The notes under the pieces are model-generated. The model saw only the letters and a list, made by a program, of their open reading frames with translations. It was not told the DNA's origin and did no database searches. From IMG/VR virus record IMGVR_UViG_3300045988_017048, positions 1 to 64,000 of that record: 64,000 nt of DNA; one strand, written 5' to 3'. This document shows positions 17,301-27,528 of this stretch, piece by piece. Source of the DNA: a virus. Positions within the stretch are counted from its first letter, which is position 1. Every line of letters begins with the position of its first letter. The translations under genes and the position numbers were made by a program.

Positions 17301-19610
17301 TCAATGTACCCAGCAGGATGCCAGTTCAGGAACTGCCTTAATGGATACTTTTTTACAAAAGATATTAGCCGCATACTCCATACACTCACTTAATTTCTTA
17401 GCTTCCTGCTCTGCAATTTCTTCAGGTGGCTCTATCAAATACTCATCATGCACATCATTAGGAATGAGAACTTTGAATATAAGCCCATCATTAACTAAGT
17501 GATTAAAGTATCTAATACCTGCTATCTTAGTCATTGCAGCAGCAGTGCCTTGTGAGGGATAGTTGCATGACTGGTTATCAGAAGCACTCTTCCTCTTCCA
17601 TAAGTATTTCATCACTGACACATATACAGTTTCCCTGTTAATATCAATGAATCTTTCTTCCACCTTACCTGCCTTTTTAACCTTATATGAATACCTAACA
17701 GCCACTTCTTCAATAGGAACACCTTGGGCAAACTTCTTTGCAATTTCTTGCATGACAGATGGTGGAATTTCAGATATTACTCTGCCACTATCTCTTGCAG
17801 CTTTATATATATCCCAGAAATCTTCCATACCATTCTTTCTCCTTTCAATACCTTTCAGTATAGGATAGTCATAGATATATGCCCTTAATCCAGTTATCTT
17901 TGAGATTAGGATATAGCCTCTATTCCACATGTCTCTCTTTTGTACCTTGAAATAGCTTGCTATACCATTGAATCTCTTGAAATAGTTGTTATAAATCTCA
18001 GTTGCAAAGTCCACAGGAATATTACAATTAGTTGCCATTGTAGGAGCCTGACCATTATAATTGAAACAGAACCTTGCCTTCTTAGCCAAATCCCTAAGGT
18101 CTTTTCTTACCTTCTTGACATCTTTCTCTGCAACCCCATCAAGGTCTTTAGGGAAACACATCTTGGCTACAAAGGAATGTCCATCTCTCTGGGCAGGGTC
18201 ATTATAAAATGCAATCCATTCCCTATCATTGGATAGTTCAGTGAATACATGACCCTCTTGGTCTCCATAATCACAATCTACTAACAAATGTCCCTTTTCA
18301 GGCACAAATGCTGCTCTTGTTTCTTCTGTGGCTGGTAGTTGTTGAACATTAACACTCTTGTCATTTGCCTGTATAGAAGTGTCTTTATTCTCATCTGCCT
18401 CCTCTGCAACATCATCATCTTTAGTCTTGCCTCCTTTACCTTTTCCTCCTGAGCCACAAGATAACCTACCTGTATCCATCATTTGATTGAATGTTGGATG
18501 GATTCTTTGTGTAACAGGATTAATGGCATCAAGGAAGTTTTGACCAAAAGATGTTACTACCTTGAAAGCTGCTGAATATTCCAAGTATAAAGGAACAATA
18601 CTGCTCTTACTTGCTTGCAATTCTATAAACTTAGACTCCACAGACTTTTTCATTTTGCCTGTTTTCTTGTCTTTGACTAATAGGTCAAACCCAAGTTCTT
18701 CAAACAATTTGATTACCTGCTTGGAACTATTCCAGTTAATAATACATTGAGGCCCAGTATCAAACTCAGAGAATAATGAGGGTTGTGGTATTACTACATA
18801 CACATTATCTGCAAGTTTGGCTGGCTTACCTTTCTTGTGAGTATCATAGTTTCTTGCAATAAGAGAGGAGTCACCCTTTTTCATTACATAATCTACTACC
18901 CAATCATTAAGTTTTTGCTCAGCAATCTTTAACCTCTCTGCATCTTTAGCCATCTTAGCTTTCCATCTAACAGGGTCAAGTTTAATGCCACAATATTCAA
19001 TATATGCAAGGACTCTTACAAACTCATTCTCAATGTCAAGTGCCACTTTCTGACCTCTTGCATTGATAGTAACAAGCTGTAAGTTCATAATATCCTCAAG
19101 ATGCACAACATCATTTGCTGCATAAACTATAACTTCTTCTGTCATACCTGCATGTATCTGTCCTCTGACAGTCTTGTCAAGATAGATATGTAAATACCTA
19201 TCACAACAAGCCTGCAAGGACAAAGATACAATGCCAGGTGGAAATCCAAGAAATAGAATCTTCTCAGCTAAATAAGTATCATAGACATTTCTGACTACAA
19301 TATGTTCCTTATACAGCCATCTTAAATCAAACTTTGCATTATGAATGATGAATAATCTGTCACTTTCAAGATAATCTTTATACTGTTTGACATCAATAGT
19401 CATACAGTCTATTACAACTTGATTTTCCTTATTACCAAGCTGAAGAGTAAGCAATTTACCTTGCCATATCTCTGTACCTGTAGTTTCAGTATCTAAACCT
19501 ACTACTCGAAGAGGCTCTAATATTTTAAGAGACTCTTCCATGGAGATACACTTATACTTAGCATTTGGAAACTCAAATAGTTCTCTCTGATTACTAACAA
19601 AATATATCAT
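17301..19610 (-). CDS. Family A DNA polymerase with 3'-5' exonuclease domain
   Basis: Exo motifs VGLDTETTG, IIHNAKFDLRWL, YAANDV; pol motif A LLVDCDYGDQEGHV, motif B RDLAKKARFCFNYNG, motif C NDVHDEYLIE. Confidence 0.9.
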   Translation of the reverse strand: MIYFVSNQRELFEFPNAKYKCISMEESLKILEPLRVVGLDTETTGTEIWQGKLLTLQLGNKENQVVIDCMTIDVKQYKDYLESDRLFIIHNAKFDLRWLYKEHIVVRNVYDTYLAEKILFLGFPPGIVSLSLQACCDRYLHIYLDKTVRGQIHAGMTEEVIVYAANDVVHLEDIMNLQLVTINARGQKVALDIENEFVRVLAYIEYCGIKLDPVRWKAKMAKDAERLKIAEQKLNDWVVDYVMKKGDSSLIARNYDTHKKGKPAKLADNVYVVIPQPSLFSEFDTGPQCIINWNSSKQVIKLFEELGFDLLVKDKKTGKMKKSVESKFIELQASKSSIVPLYLEYSAAFKVVTSFGQNFLDAINPVTQRIHPTFNQMMDTGRLSCGSGGKGKGGKTKDDDVAEEADENKDTSIQANDKSVNVQQLPATEETRAAFVPEKGHLLVDCDYGDQEGHVFTELSNDREWIAFYNDPAQRDGHSFVAKMCFPKDLDGVAEKDVKKVRKDLRDLAKKARFCFNYNGQAPTMATNCNIPVDFATEIYNNYFKRFNGIASYFKVQKRDMWNRGYILISKITGLRAYIYDYPILKGIERRKNGMEDFWDIYKAARDSGRVISEIPPSVMQEIAKKFAQGVPIEEVAVRYSYKVKKAGKVEERFIDINRETVYVSVMKYLWKRKSASDNQSCNYPSQGTAAAMTKIAGIRYFNHLVNDGLIFKVLIPNDVHDEYLIEPPEEIAEQEAKKLSECMEYAANIFCKKVSIKAVPELASCWVH

Positions 19611-19879
19611 TATTCAAATGTTATAGTCCATCCATAACCTTCAACAAAGTCTATAGACTTGACAACTGCCTTGGCCTCTTCAAGCTCATAACCTACCACA
19701 ATCATTGGACCTCCTGATGGGTCAATAAACTTATTTCCTCCTTGAACTTCACCTACTCTTAATGTAGGTATATCAGTCTTGAGTACATAAGTTTTTGATT
19801 CAGAACCATCAGGTTTAGGCATTTTCTTGAGATAGTTCTCAGCTTCATATCTGGACCTAAGTTTTATAATATCTTCCAT
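19610..19879 (-). CDS. Hypothetical protein (89 aa)
   Basis: ORF with start and stop shared with its neighbours (coupled). Confidence 0.6.
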   Translation of the reverse strand: MEDIIKLRSRYEAENYLKKMPKPDGSESKTYVLKTDIPTLRVGEVQGGNKFIDPSGGPMIVVGYELEEAKAVVKSIDFVEGYGWTITFE

Positions 19880-20379
19880 TATTTCTTAGAATAAGCAATA
19901 AGACTTTCAAAGTCAAAGACATATTTATATTTTTGGAAGAACAGGCTGCCAAGGATACCATGAATCTGCACACCAGACTCTTCCTTAACAATAGCAAAGG
20001 CATCATCCAAATCATGAATACAGAAATCACCTATAAATTCTTGCCCTTTATAAGTAATTGTCATTTCACAGAACCCAGTATTTACTGCCTTATTACCTTC
20101 AATTCCAACCACATTCATGTCTTTTCCCTCTATCTCCTTATAGTCAAGGAGAGGGAGAATGGAGCTGTTGATTTGAGAGATATTACTTCCAGTGTCCAAT
20201 AAGAAGTTAAGTTTCTTATCTCCATTATAGAATGTTACCACAGGCAACTCTACCAAATCCATAGCCTCTTTGAAAGACATATTTACCCTTTTACTCTGCT
20301 TACAGTAATCTTCTACACCATTAATGATAATAGATAGAATGATTACTGCAAGTATAATACCAATTACTTCTAATACCAT
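19879..20379 (-). CDS. Membrane-anchored retropepsin-like aspartic protease (putative)
   Basis: N-terminal TM helix (VLEVIGIILAVIILSIIING); FLLDTGSNISQI (D-T-G-S catalytic motif); HGILGSLFF (I-L-G motif). Confidence 0.5.
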   Translation of the reverse strand: MVLEVIGIILAVIILSIIINGVEDYCKQSKRVNMSFKEAMDLVELPVVTFYNGDKKLNFLLDTGSNISQINSSILPLLDYKEIEGKDMNVVGIEGNKAVNTGFCEMTITYKGQEFIGDFCIHDLDDAFAIVKEESGVQIHGILGSLFFQKYKYVFDFESLIAYSKK

Positions 20380-20401
20380 GCTTCATACTTTCTTTTGGTT
20401 A

Positions 20402-20935
20402 TTATTTGACACCAGAAGTACCAATTCCCCCTCTGTTATCATTACCCAAGTCATCTACTTCCACAAGTTCAATACCTGAACTTAGCAGCCATTTAATCTT
20501 CTGCCACATAGTAGCTTTCTGACTAAGTTGAATCCTAAATTGACAGATTCTATCTCCTTTATGAATTGTAGTATCTCTTAGTGCAGTAGCCCAATACTTC
20601 CATTCATCATTATTTCCATTATAAACATTGTCTATAACAGCTTCTGAATTAGGTTGAAAGAATCCTAATTTAGGAGTACTACTTCTTGGTAATACTTGAG
20701 CTTCAAATCCTTTAGGAAGTTCCATTGCAATACCTAGTCCAAACAATTTAGTATCAAATGACACATCTCTATGAGATATTTCTACACCATCAATAATCTT
20801 CCTCTTTAATACACCTGCTTGAGGGGCTTTTAATACTATGTCTTCTGCTGCCCTAAGGTCAACCCAATCACCATTCTCATTAATCACAGGCATACAGCCT
20901 TCAGTCAATACTTTTACTTTAATTTTCAGTTTCAT
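20402..20935 (-). CDS. dut: dUTPase
   Basis: All five motifs present: DLRAAED, PRSSTP, AVIDNVYNGNNDE, RICQFRI, NRGGIGTSG. Confidence 0.9.
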   Translation of the reverse strand: MKLKIKVKVLTEGCMPVINENGDWVDLRAAEDIVLKAPQAGVLKRKIIDGVEISHRDVSFDTKLFGLGIAMELPKGFEAQVLPRSSTPKLGFFQPNSEAVIDNVYNGNNDEWKYWATALRDTTIHKGDRICQFRIQLSQKATMWQKIKWLLSSGIELVEVDDLGNDNRGGIGTSGVK

Positions 20936-21428
20936 GTTTCCAAAATTTACTTGTTATATTTATCAATTCTCCATTACTAACCCCATAAAATCTCTGATTA
21001 GTAGTCCTACTGTTAAGTGGACCAAACTCTTCTTTGTAAGGACCAAGTTTTATATAATCAAAGTTATACAAGTCAATGTGATTACTTAACTCTTGCCTTC
21101 CACTATACCAAGCTGTTTTAATACCATTATAGTTATATTTTATTTCATTTGCAAGAGCATTAATTAATTCAGGTTCTGAATCTCCACCCATCAAACAGAT
21201 ACAGGTAATACCTTCATTACTTTCTATTAACTCTTCTATACAAGTATCAATAGAGTGTTCTTCATTTGAATACTCAGTCCACCATACCAAAGGCTCTCCT
21301 ATGTCTTGTGCCAAGTAAGAGCTATGACAGCCCTTACATTGGCATGGACAATTAGATATGTTGATAGCAAGAGTTATTTCATCTGGCACTTCAGCAAAGA
21401 CTACTTTTGTATCTACATACTTTAACAT
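20919..21428 (-). CDS. nrdG: Anaerobic ribonucleotide reductase activating protein (radical SAM)
   Basis: N-terminal Cys cluster NISNCPCQCKGCHS; 169 aa; near nrdD, separated from it only by a 79-aa ORF. Confidence 0.75.
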   Translation of the reverse strand: MLKYVDTKVVFAEVPDEITLAINISNCPCQCKGCHSSYLAQDIGEPLVWWTEYSNEEHSIDTCIEELIESNEGITCICLMGGDSEPELINALANEIKYNYNGIKTAWYSGRQELSNHIDLYNFDYIKLGPYKEEFGPLNSRTTNQRFYGVSNGELINITSKFWKHETEN

Positions 21429-21429
21429 A

Positions 21430-21669
21430 TCACAGTTTCAATCCATCAGCAGTTGGTGCTACATAATCTCCAGACTCAGGATTCTTGCTTCCTGGATAGG
21501 GGTCAGGACTATTAAGAGCCTTTAAGTGCATACCTAACCACATAATGCCCTCTTGTAACTTAGTTACTGCAAGACTTCTTTCTCTTGTAGAAGAAAGTTC
21601 TTTCACTCTTTGAAGCACCTCATCAATATCTTTTCTGAGTTGCTTTGTTTTAACTATTTCTGATTCCAT
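21430..21669 (-). CDS. Hypothetical protein (79 aa)
   Basis: ORF between nrdD exon 2 and nrdG with 1-nt spacings. Confidence 0.6.
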   Translation of the reverse strand: MESEIVKTKQLRKDIDEVLQRVKELSSTRERSLAVTKLQEGIMWLGMHLKALNSPDPYPGSKNPESGDYVAPTADGLKL

Positions 21670-21670
21670 A

Positions 21671-22083
21671 TTACTTAATATTTTTACTATAAACTCTTTT
21701 ACTTGCTTCTATTTGTCTATCCTTACCAAAGGACTTAATAGGTCTAAGATACCCAATTACCCTTGTATATTGAGTGATATTCTTACTGTGACACTTTGGG
21801 CATTCAGTAATAGGATGCTTAGTAATGTAACCACAATCATCACACTTACTATTAGGAATATTAAATGTGAAGTAGTTGGTTCCATTAGCTATGGCAAAGT
21901 CTATCAGCTTGAGATACTGCTCCTTACTTAAATGGTCTTCAAGATTGATATGACAAGCTGAACCTCCATCACAATATTGTGCTGTCTGCCTTCCATGCAG
22001 AATCATCTTATCTAATACTGAAGTATCATCATGGGCATCAAAGAAATATGAGTTGTAAAGATTTTCATCTTCAGGAACCCAAT
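21671..22083 (-). CDS. nrdD: Anaerobic RNR NrdD, exon 2 (C-terminal Zn-ribbon and glycyl-radical region)
   Basis: Frame is open upstream of the listed Met back to a TAA at about 22093; (Y)WVPEDENLYNSYFFDAH..., CDDCG...CPKCHS, glycyl-radical motif TRVIGYLRP; exact 5' end inferred from the splice model. Confidence 0.75.
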
Positions 22084-22547
22084 CATTCTGTTACACCCTC
22101 CCCCGTTGTGCAGAGAGGTGATTCATTAGTAATATAGTCATTTAAGTCTATCAACCCAGCATGGACTTTCCTGTGGCAGTTAGCACATAAACAAACACAT
22201 TTAGATATTTCTTGAGATAGCCATTCTCTATTTTTACCTCTATGTTTGCCTATAGTAAACTCTCTCTCATTTGGGTTAATATGATGAAAATCAATAGCTA
22301 CTGGCTCTGATTCTCCACAAACAACGCAAGGGGTTTTCATAGTTTTAAGCCACTCACTTTGTCTGTCTTGGTGTCTTGCAGCTTGTGCATGATACAAATC
22401 AGGATTATTCTGCCTCCATTGTTTTCTGTATCTTGCTCTACACTCTCTACAAGTACCTCTCCTTCTATCTCCATATTTAGTATGTTCCAACTCAAATTGG
22501 TCTATAGGAAGTTCTCTTCCGCATTCTCTACAAATTTTGGTTTCCAT
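22083..22547 (-). CDS. Intron-encoded HNH homing endonuclease
   Basis: Cys-rich N-terminus (CRECG...CRECR); HNH core IDFHHINPNE...CANCHRKVH; the stop TGA overlaps the predicted 3' splice site. Confidence 0.8.
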   Translation of the reverse strand: METKICRECGRELPIDQFELEHTKYGDRRRGTCRECRARYRKQWRQNNPDLYHAQAARHQDRQSEWLKTMKTPCVVCGESEPVAIDFHHINPNEREFTIGKHRGKNREWLSQEISKCVCLCANCHRKVHAGLIDLNDYITNESPLCTTGEGVTE

Positions 22548-22826
22548 AAATTATCTCTGTTTTGGGTACAAAGATAATAATTTTATCCCAATTATGCAAG
22601 ATTATAACTATATTTCTAATGAATGGGTTAATATTTCTATTAACCTCTCTATGTTACCATAGAGTTCCGACTATTGCATACCTTAATATTCTATCTTCAC
22701 AGATTGTATATTAAAGTCCTCTTTGTTTAGTCTGTCAGGCTGCACAGATTTCTCTTGCTTGCCCCTCATAATCCCATAGGGACTTCTGAGTCAATTAAAA
22801 GAGGTTTTAGATGGACATTGGTTCTA
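22084..22826 (-). mobile_element. Group I intron interrupting nrdD, carrying an HNH homing endonuclease ORF
   Basis: nrdD is split. Predicted P1: exon AGAUGGAU paired with intron GUCCAUCU (22816-22809), with a U.G pair at the splice site. ACAGACUAAAC (22735-22725) resembles the J6/7-P7 core of group I introns. The 3' end at the G at 22084 is the only choice that restores the frame. Boundaries are inferred. Confidence 0.6.
22569..22599 (-). promoter_or_regulatory. Bacteroidetes-type promoter inside the intron, upstream of the HNH ORF
   Basis: Minus strand TTGCAT-N17-TATCTTTG; the -7 box ends about 21 nt before the ATG at 22547. Confidence 0.6.
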
Positions 22827-24570
22827 ATCCATCTTTTTTGTCCCATCTATAATTCTTACCACCAAGAGATTCAGCAGGAACTACCTCAGAATTAAACAAG
22901 AAAGGTCTCTTACTATCATGTATAGAGTGTAACTTGTTCTGTTCCTTAATAGTACCAAGAACCAATTGTAAGAACTCAATATATTCCTTGTTGTTAGATA
23001 CCTCAAGACCTAAGAACTTAGCAGCCTCATTTAAGCCATTAATACCTATGGTACTATATAACTTGCTTATGTGGATATATCCACCATTTGAAGCAGCAAA
23101 CATTCCCTTATCTTCAAGTTCATAGAGCATTGTCTTAAATGCAATATGGTACTTATATACTCTATTTAATATATGTATTAAATAAAATTTAAGAGAATCA
23201 TGTTGATTACCTACAGTAGGAACTCCTCCTATAGATTTACACCAATCTTGAACAATTCTATTAATATTAAGAGTAATAACATTACAACTACCAGTCATTA
23301 CACCAGTAAGACCTGATGTAGGATTGAAGGTATTCTCTGCAAGCTCATTCCTCAACCTACAACATGATGCAAGACTATCAGCACTATCTGATATATAGGT
23401 GAAGAAGCTATGACCTTCTGCATACATTTCAGCAGTAAAGTCTTTATAGTCTTTGTCTATAATATCATTGGTCTTAGGGTCATACACCATAGCCATTGTC
23501 TCAACAGGAAAAGTTAATATCTGTTTAGTTCTCAACTTATTGAAGAACTTCATAAATAATCTTTGCAGACAATCTACTGCTTCCCATTGGGGCTTGGTAC
23601 CATCAGGATAATAGAACTCTCCAAACAATGAACTAAAGTATGTATGGTCATAATAAGATATATTTGTAAATGGACTTTGATATGACCTGTTACCAGCAGG
23701 CTGATTAATACCATAAATAAACTGCTTGAAAGCTTTCTCTATAAAATCTCTGACTGTTCTTTGAACCTTACAATGAGAATTTGTTACAACACAGTCAAGC
23801 TTCTCATACCACTTATCTCCAAACTCTGCAATAATGTAATAGTTTAAAGCAATGAAATATTCTCCAAAGGCTACTGCACCTTTACATTGAGAAGAAAGTA
23901 AGAAGGTAAGATTAGTTATTTGTCCACTAAATGATTGTAAATCATTAGGAGGTGTTGGAGTGATACCATCAATATTACCTACTCCTTCCACCATAAGAGG
24001 ATATAGACCCACAGCCATACAATACTGCTTCAAGACAGGAGTGGTTGCTTCATCATGTGTATAAATAATATGAGAGTTCAAATCCTCTTCATACTCCTTG
24101 GCTACTTCAGGGTACATTTCATTCAGCTTATCTTTCATCCTTTGCCTCTGAATAACCCTATTAGTAGTCTTATACACTTCACCCTCAAGGTTAGCAACAT
24201 TCTTCATAGTTACATTTGCATTAGCATCTGTTTCTGATGAAGTAGATGCATTCTCATTAGACTGACTGTACTCATTCATATAATCAATTCTTTCCCTAAT
24301 GAACCTTGCCTGCTTATGTTGCTCTCTATAAATGATATAACTCTTTGCTACATCAAAGTACTTGTCATTCATAAGAACATCTTCAACCTTATTCTGTATC
24401 TCTTCAATACCTATAGTATCTCCTTCCAAAGTGCCAAATAAAGCACCAAGCATATCATACAGATACTGAGGCATTTTCTTGTTGCAAGACTTAAAGGCTT
24501 TCTCTACAGCACTTATAATCTTATCAACATTAAATTCCTCTATACTGCCATCTCTTTTTACTACTTGCAT
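22827..24570 (-). CDS. nrdD: Anaerobic RNR NrdD, exon 1 (ATP-cone plus catalytic barrel)
   Basis: N-terminal ATP-cone (VVKRDGSIEEFNVDKI); 587-aa ORF whose last residues (LEPMSI*) are read-through into the intron; lacks the glycyl-radical C-terminus, which is found in exon 2. Confidence 0.8.
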
Positions 24571-24571
24571 A

Positions 24572-25630
24572 TCAAATCTTATTTAACCATTCTTTTAAAT
24601 CATTAGAACCAGTCTCATTAATGCCCACAGGAACTTTTGGTCTAGAAGTGAGATAAAAAGAAAGCTCTTCTCCTATTTCAAAAGGACTTCTCATTTCTAT
24701 TTGGTCATTCTTTCCAAACTTTAATGTGCCTACTGCCTTTGTAAATGGACAAGTCCACACCAATGGGACAAGGATTCTCCTATTGACTACAATGAAATCA
24801 TAGTCAAGTAGCTTGAAGTCTTTGAAATACTCATCCTTATCCATATTCTGCCTTATAATAGCCCAATATAGTCTGGCTTGAATATCATATCTCCAATCTA
24901 TGAAGGATTTATAGAAATCCCACTCTGCATGGGAACTTGTTTTCAAATCTACTGGCTTTATCCACTTCTCCTTATGATTAACTATAATTAAGTCAGCCAT
25001 ATTTCTATACTTTACACCATTAAACTCTCCTTTGAACTTCAACTGATAAAATCTTTCAATGTCTGGTTCAAATGGATTATTCTCTGCAAAGTAGAACTGA
25101 GTGGATTTGCTCTCTTTCAATGCCCTTACTGCATTACACACATCTTGATAGGTCTGAGTATCAAGTATAGTCTTGCTACCTGCTATAAATAGCAGGTTAT
25201 AGTAGTTAGCTCCTTTCTCCTTGATAACCTTAGCTCTTGTCTCAGGCTTCCAATTCATCTGATAACTCTGATATTCAGTCTCCTTAATGATTGCAGCATC
25301 AGGAATTGTAATAAGACTCCTATAAGAATCTCCATACTGACTGAACAAAGATTTTACCATCTTTGTAACAGAGTCTGGAGTAGAAGGAAACTCAGCAACC
25401 ATAAATCTCCCATTAAACTCTTCTTGACCACCTGTAATAATGCTGTCCACAGCACTACCAAAAGTAAGAGAAGGTGTTTCTATCCTGTCAAATAATTTAT
25501 CCAAGTTATTGAATCCTTCCCTCTCATATCTTGCAAGGGTTGAATAGCTTAATGCTGGGTCTGCCCTATATGTTTCTTCAGACACATCCCAAGATATATC
25601 TCTTAAACTTTTTCTATTCATCATCCACAT
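24572..25630 (-). CDS. PD-(D/E)XK (RecB/Cas4-like) nuclease
   Basis: MADLIIVN...IKPVDLKTS matches D...(D/E)xK; 352 aa; replication/recombination context. Confidence 0.55.
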   Translation of the reverse strand: MWMMNRKSLRDISWDVSEETYRADPALSYSTLARYEREGFNNLDKLFDRIETPSLTFGSAVDSIITGGQEEFNGRFMVAEFPSTPDSVTKMVKSLFSQYGDSYRSLITIPDAAIIKETEYQSYQMNWKPETRAKVIKEKGANYYNLLFIAGSKTILDTQTYQDVCNAVRALKESKSTQFYFAENNPFEPDIERFYQLKFKGEFNGVKYRNMADLIIVNHKEKWIKPVDLKTSSHAEWDFYKSFIDWRYDIQARLYWAIIRQNMDKDEYFKDFKLLDYDFIVVNRRILVPLVWTCPFTKAVGTLKFGKNDQIEMRSPFEIGEELSFYLTSRPKVPVGINETGSNDLKEWLNKI

Positions 25631-25811
25631 GATTTACAGTTAATTCATAATCTATTTCCATTTCCAAAGTCTGTAAGATACCAAGTCTCCTCTTGACTGC
25701 TTTTATGGTATCCTTGACATTATCCTTGAAAACTAAAATATTGTCACTATATTCAAGTGTAGGACTTTTGTTAGCCTCTTTTATCAATTCTTGTATTACA
25801 TTCTTCTGCAT
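25614..25811 (-). CDS. Hypothetical protein (65 aa)
   Basis: Overlaps both neighbours. Confidence 0.45.
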   Translation of the reverse strand: MQKNVIQELIKEANKSPTLEYSDNILVFKDNVKDTIKAVKRRLGILQTLEMEIDYELTVNHVDDE

Positions 25812-26286
25812 ATTGTTTGAATATTTCTATAGCCTGTAGTAACTGCTTCTTACTGTAAATCTCAAAGAAAATACTCTTTATACCTTGCTTAGACTGATTC
25901 TCTAAATATCTCCTAAATAACTTTTTCTTCAAATAGTACACATCATTTTCCATTCCCTTAGCTTCTATCCAAACATCTATATTATTATGTTGAATATAAA
26001 AGTCTGGAGTATAAGTAATTGGTAATAATACATTACCTTTAAGGTTGAGAAGCTTTGGGGGTTTCCCACCTTCTTCAAGCCTCTTCTTATATTGAGTGTC
26101 AGTTTCCTTATCATAGAAAGGGACAGTACAAGGCTCAAAGTTCAATAGTATAATTCTCTTAGGCTCATATTCAGGAGTAAATCCTTGTTCTATCAGAGTA
26201 TTATAGATAGTCTTCTCTAATTGAGATTTAAAAGTAATGCTACTGCCTTTGCAGACAGTAGCATTTCTAATCTTCTTATTAGCCAT
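25771..26286 (-). CDS. T7 endonuclease I-like junction-resolving nuclease (putative)
   Basis: ITYTPDFYIQHNNIDVWIEAKG resembles the endonuclease I core (PDF ... E-x-K). Confidence 0.5.
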   Translation of the reverse strand: MANKKIRNATVCKGSSITFKSQLEKTIYNTLIEQGFTPEYEPKRIILLNFEPCTVPFYDKETDTQYKKRLEEGGKPPKLLNLKGNVLLPITYTPDFYIQHNNIDVWIEAKGMENDVYYLKKKLFRRYLENQSKQGIKSIFFEIYSKKQLLQAIEIFKQYAEECNTRIDKRG

Positions 26287-26830
26287 TATTCTTGAACATT
26301 TCTTTCAGTATATCTCTCACAATAGAACAGGCAATCTTTGCATCACTTACAGTCCTGAATGCTGCAAAGTTCCTATAGTTCTTGATATGAGCCTTATTAG
26401 CCTTAGTAATCCTACCATCAAGCATAGAGATTACATAAATCTCAGGACTCTTCTCAATATGGTCCTCATACTTTTTGTCCAACTCAATAGCTATTTCTCT
26501 AAGTACCATAGAGAATGCAGCAGCAGGAAGAATACTATCTACACTATTGAGATAGTTGTAGACCTTCTCAACTTTCCAGCCAAGCTTCTCTGCAATCTTT
26601 TGAATGTAGTACCCTAGTTCCATAGGAACCTCAGTCTCAGCTACAGGCTTTTCAGGTTTGGCGGTAGTAACAATACCAGCTTTAAGGAGCTTAGGAAGGA
26701 TGTCCTTAGTTACTTTAATATGCTCAATTACAGTACCCTTACCAAAGAAGGGGTCTTTCACTTTAGATACTTTAGTCAGAGTGTCTCCAATCTGTACTTC
26801 TTTACCATTTTTCAAATAAATCTTTTCCAT
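26279..26830 (-). CDS. Hypothetical protein (183 aa)
   Basis: ORF in operon. Confidence 0.65.
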   Translation of the reverse strand: MEKIYLKNGKEVQIGDTLTKVSKVKDPFFGKGTVIEHIKVTKDILPKLLKAGIVTTAKPEKPVAETEVPMELGYYIQKIAEKLGWKVEKVYNYLNSVDSILPAAAFSMVLREIAIELDKKYEDHIEKSPEIYVISMLDGRITKANKAHIKNYRNFAAFRTVSDAKIACSIVRDILKEMFKNNG

Positions 26831-26850
26831 TTTGTTTTTATTATTTAATA

Positions 26851-27528
26851 TTAATACTCTTTATACCATTTTATAGGCACACCATAAATCTCTTTTACCT
26901 TATTACTTATATCAACAAATAGCTGATGTGGCATCTTAGTACCACTCCTTGCAAAGTATGCAGGATGCTCAATCTCTATAATGTGATTGAATCTACTATT
27001 GATATAAGGTTTGAAGGTTCGGGCTTGTCTGCCAAACAATACATATACTATAGCTGTATTATACTCAGACAAGTTCTTTAGCAATTTAGCTATGAATGGT
27101 CTCCATAACATTACATGGGAACCTATCCTATTCATTTCTACAGTGAGTGCAGAGTTTATCATTAGTATTCCCTGTTTAGCCCAACTCTCCAAAGTTTGGT
27201 CAAAGGTAATACAATAATGTGGAACCTCAAAATTAATGGCTGCTTCTTTAACAATATTTAATGAAGGAGACAAGTTATCCTCATTCACTTCCTTCCTATT
27301 ACCAAAAAGTATGCCAGTTGCAACTCCCTTTTGTGGATAGGGGTCTTGACCTAACATAACTACTTTTAAGTCCTTGAGAGGACAAAGCTCAAATGCTTTG
27401 AATACATCAGATTGGGCAGGACACAATGGCTTCCTCCTGTATTCCTGTCCAACCTTAACCATTACATTATTAAGCTCTGTCCTATCAATTACTTTCATCC
27501 AATCTCCAAAGTATTCATCTGATGTCAT
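26851..27528 (-). CDS. ung: Uracil-DNA glycosylase, family 1-like
   Basis: VVMLGQDPYPQKGVATGILF (GQDPY motif), LMINSALTV, IEHPAYF. Confidence 0.8.
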   Translation of the reverse strand: MTSDEYFGDWMKVIDRTELNNVMVKVGQEYRRKPLCPAQSDVFKAFELCPLKDLKVVMLGQDPYPQKGVATGILFGNRKEVNEDNLSPSLNIVKEAAINFEVPHYCITFDQTLESWAKQGILMINSALTVEMNRIGSHVMLWRPFIAKLLKNLSEYNTAIVYVLFGRQARTFKPYINSRFNHIIEIEHPAYFARSGTKMPHQLFVDISNKVKEIYGVPIKWYKEY

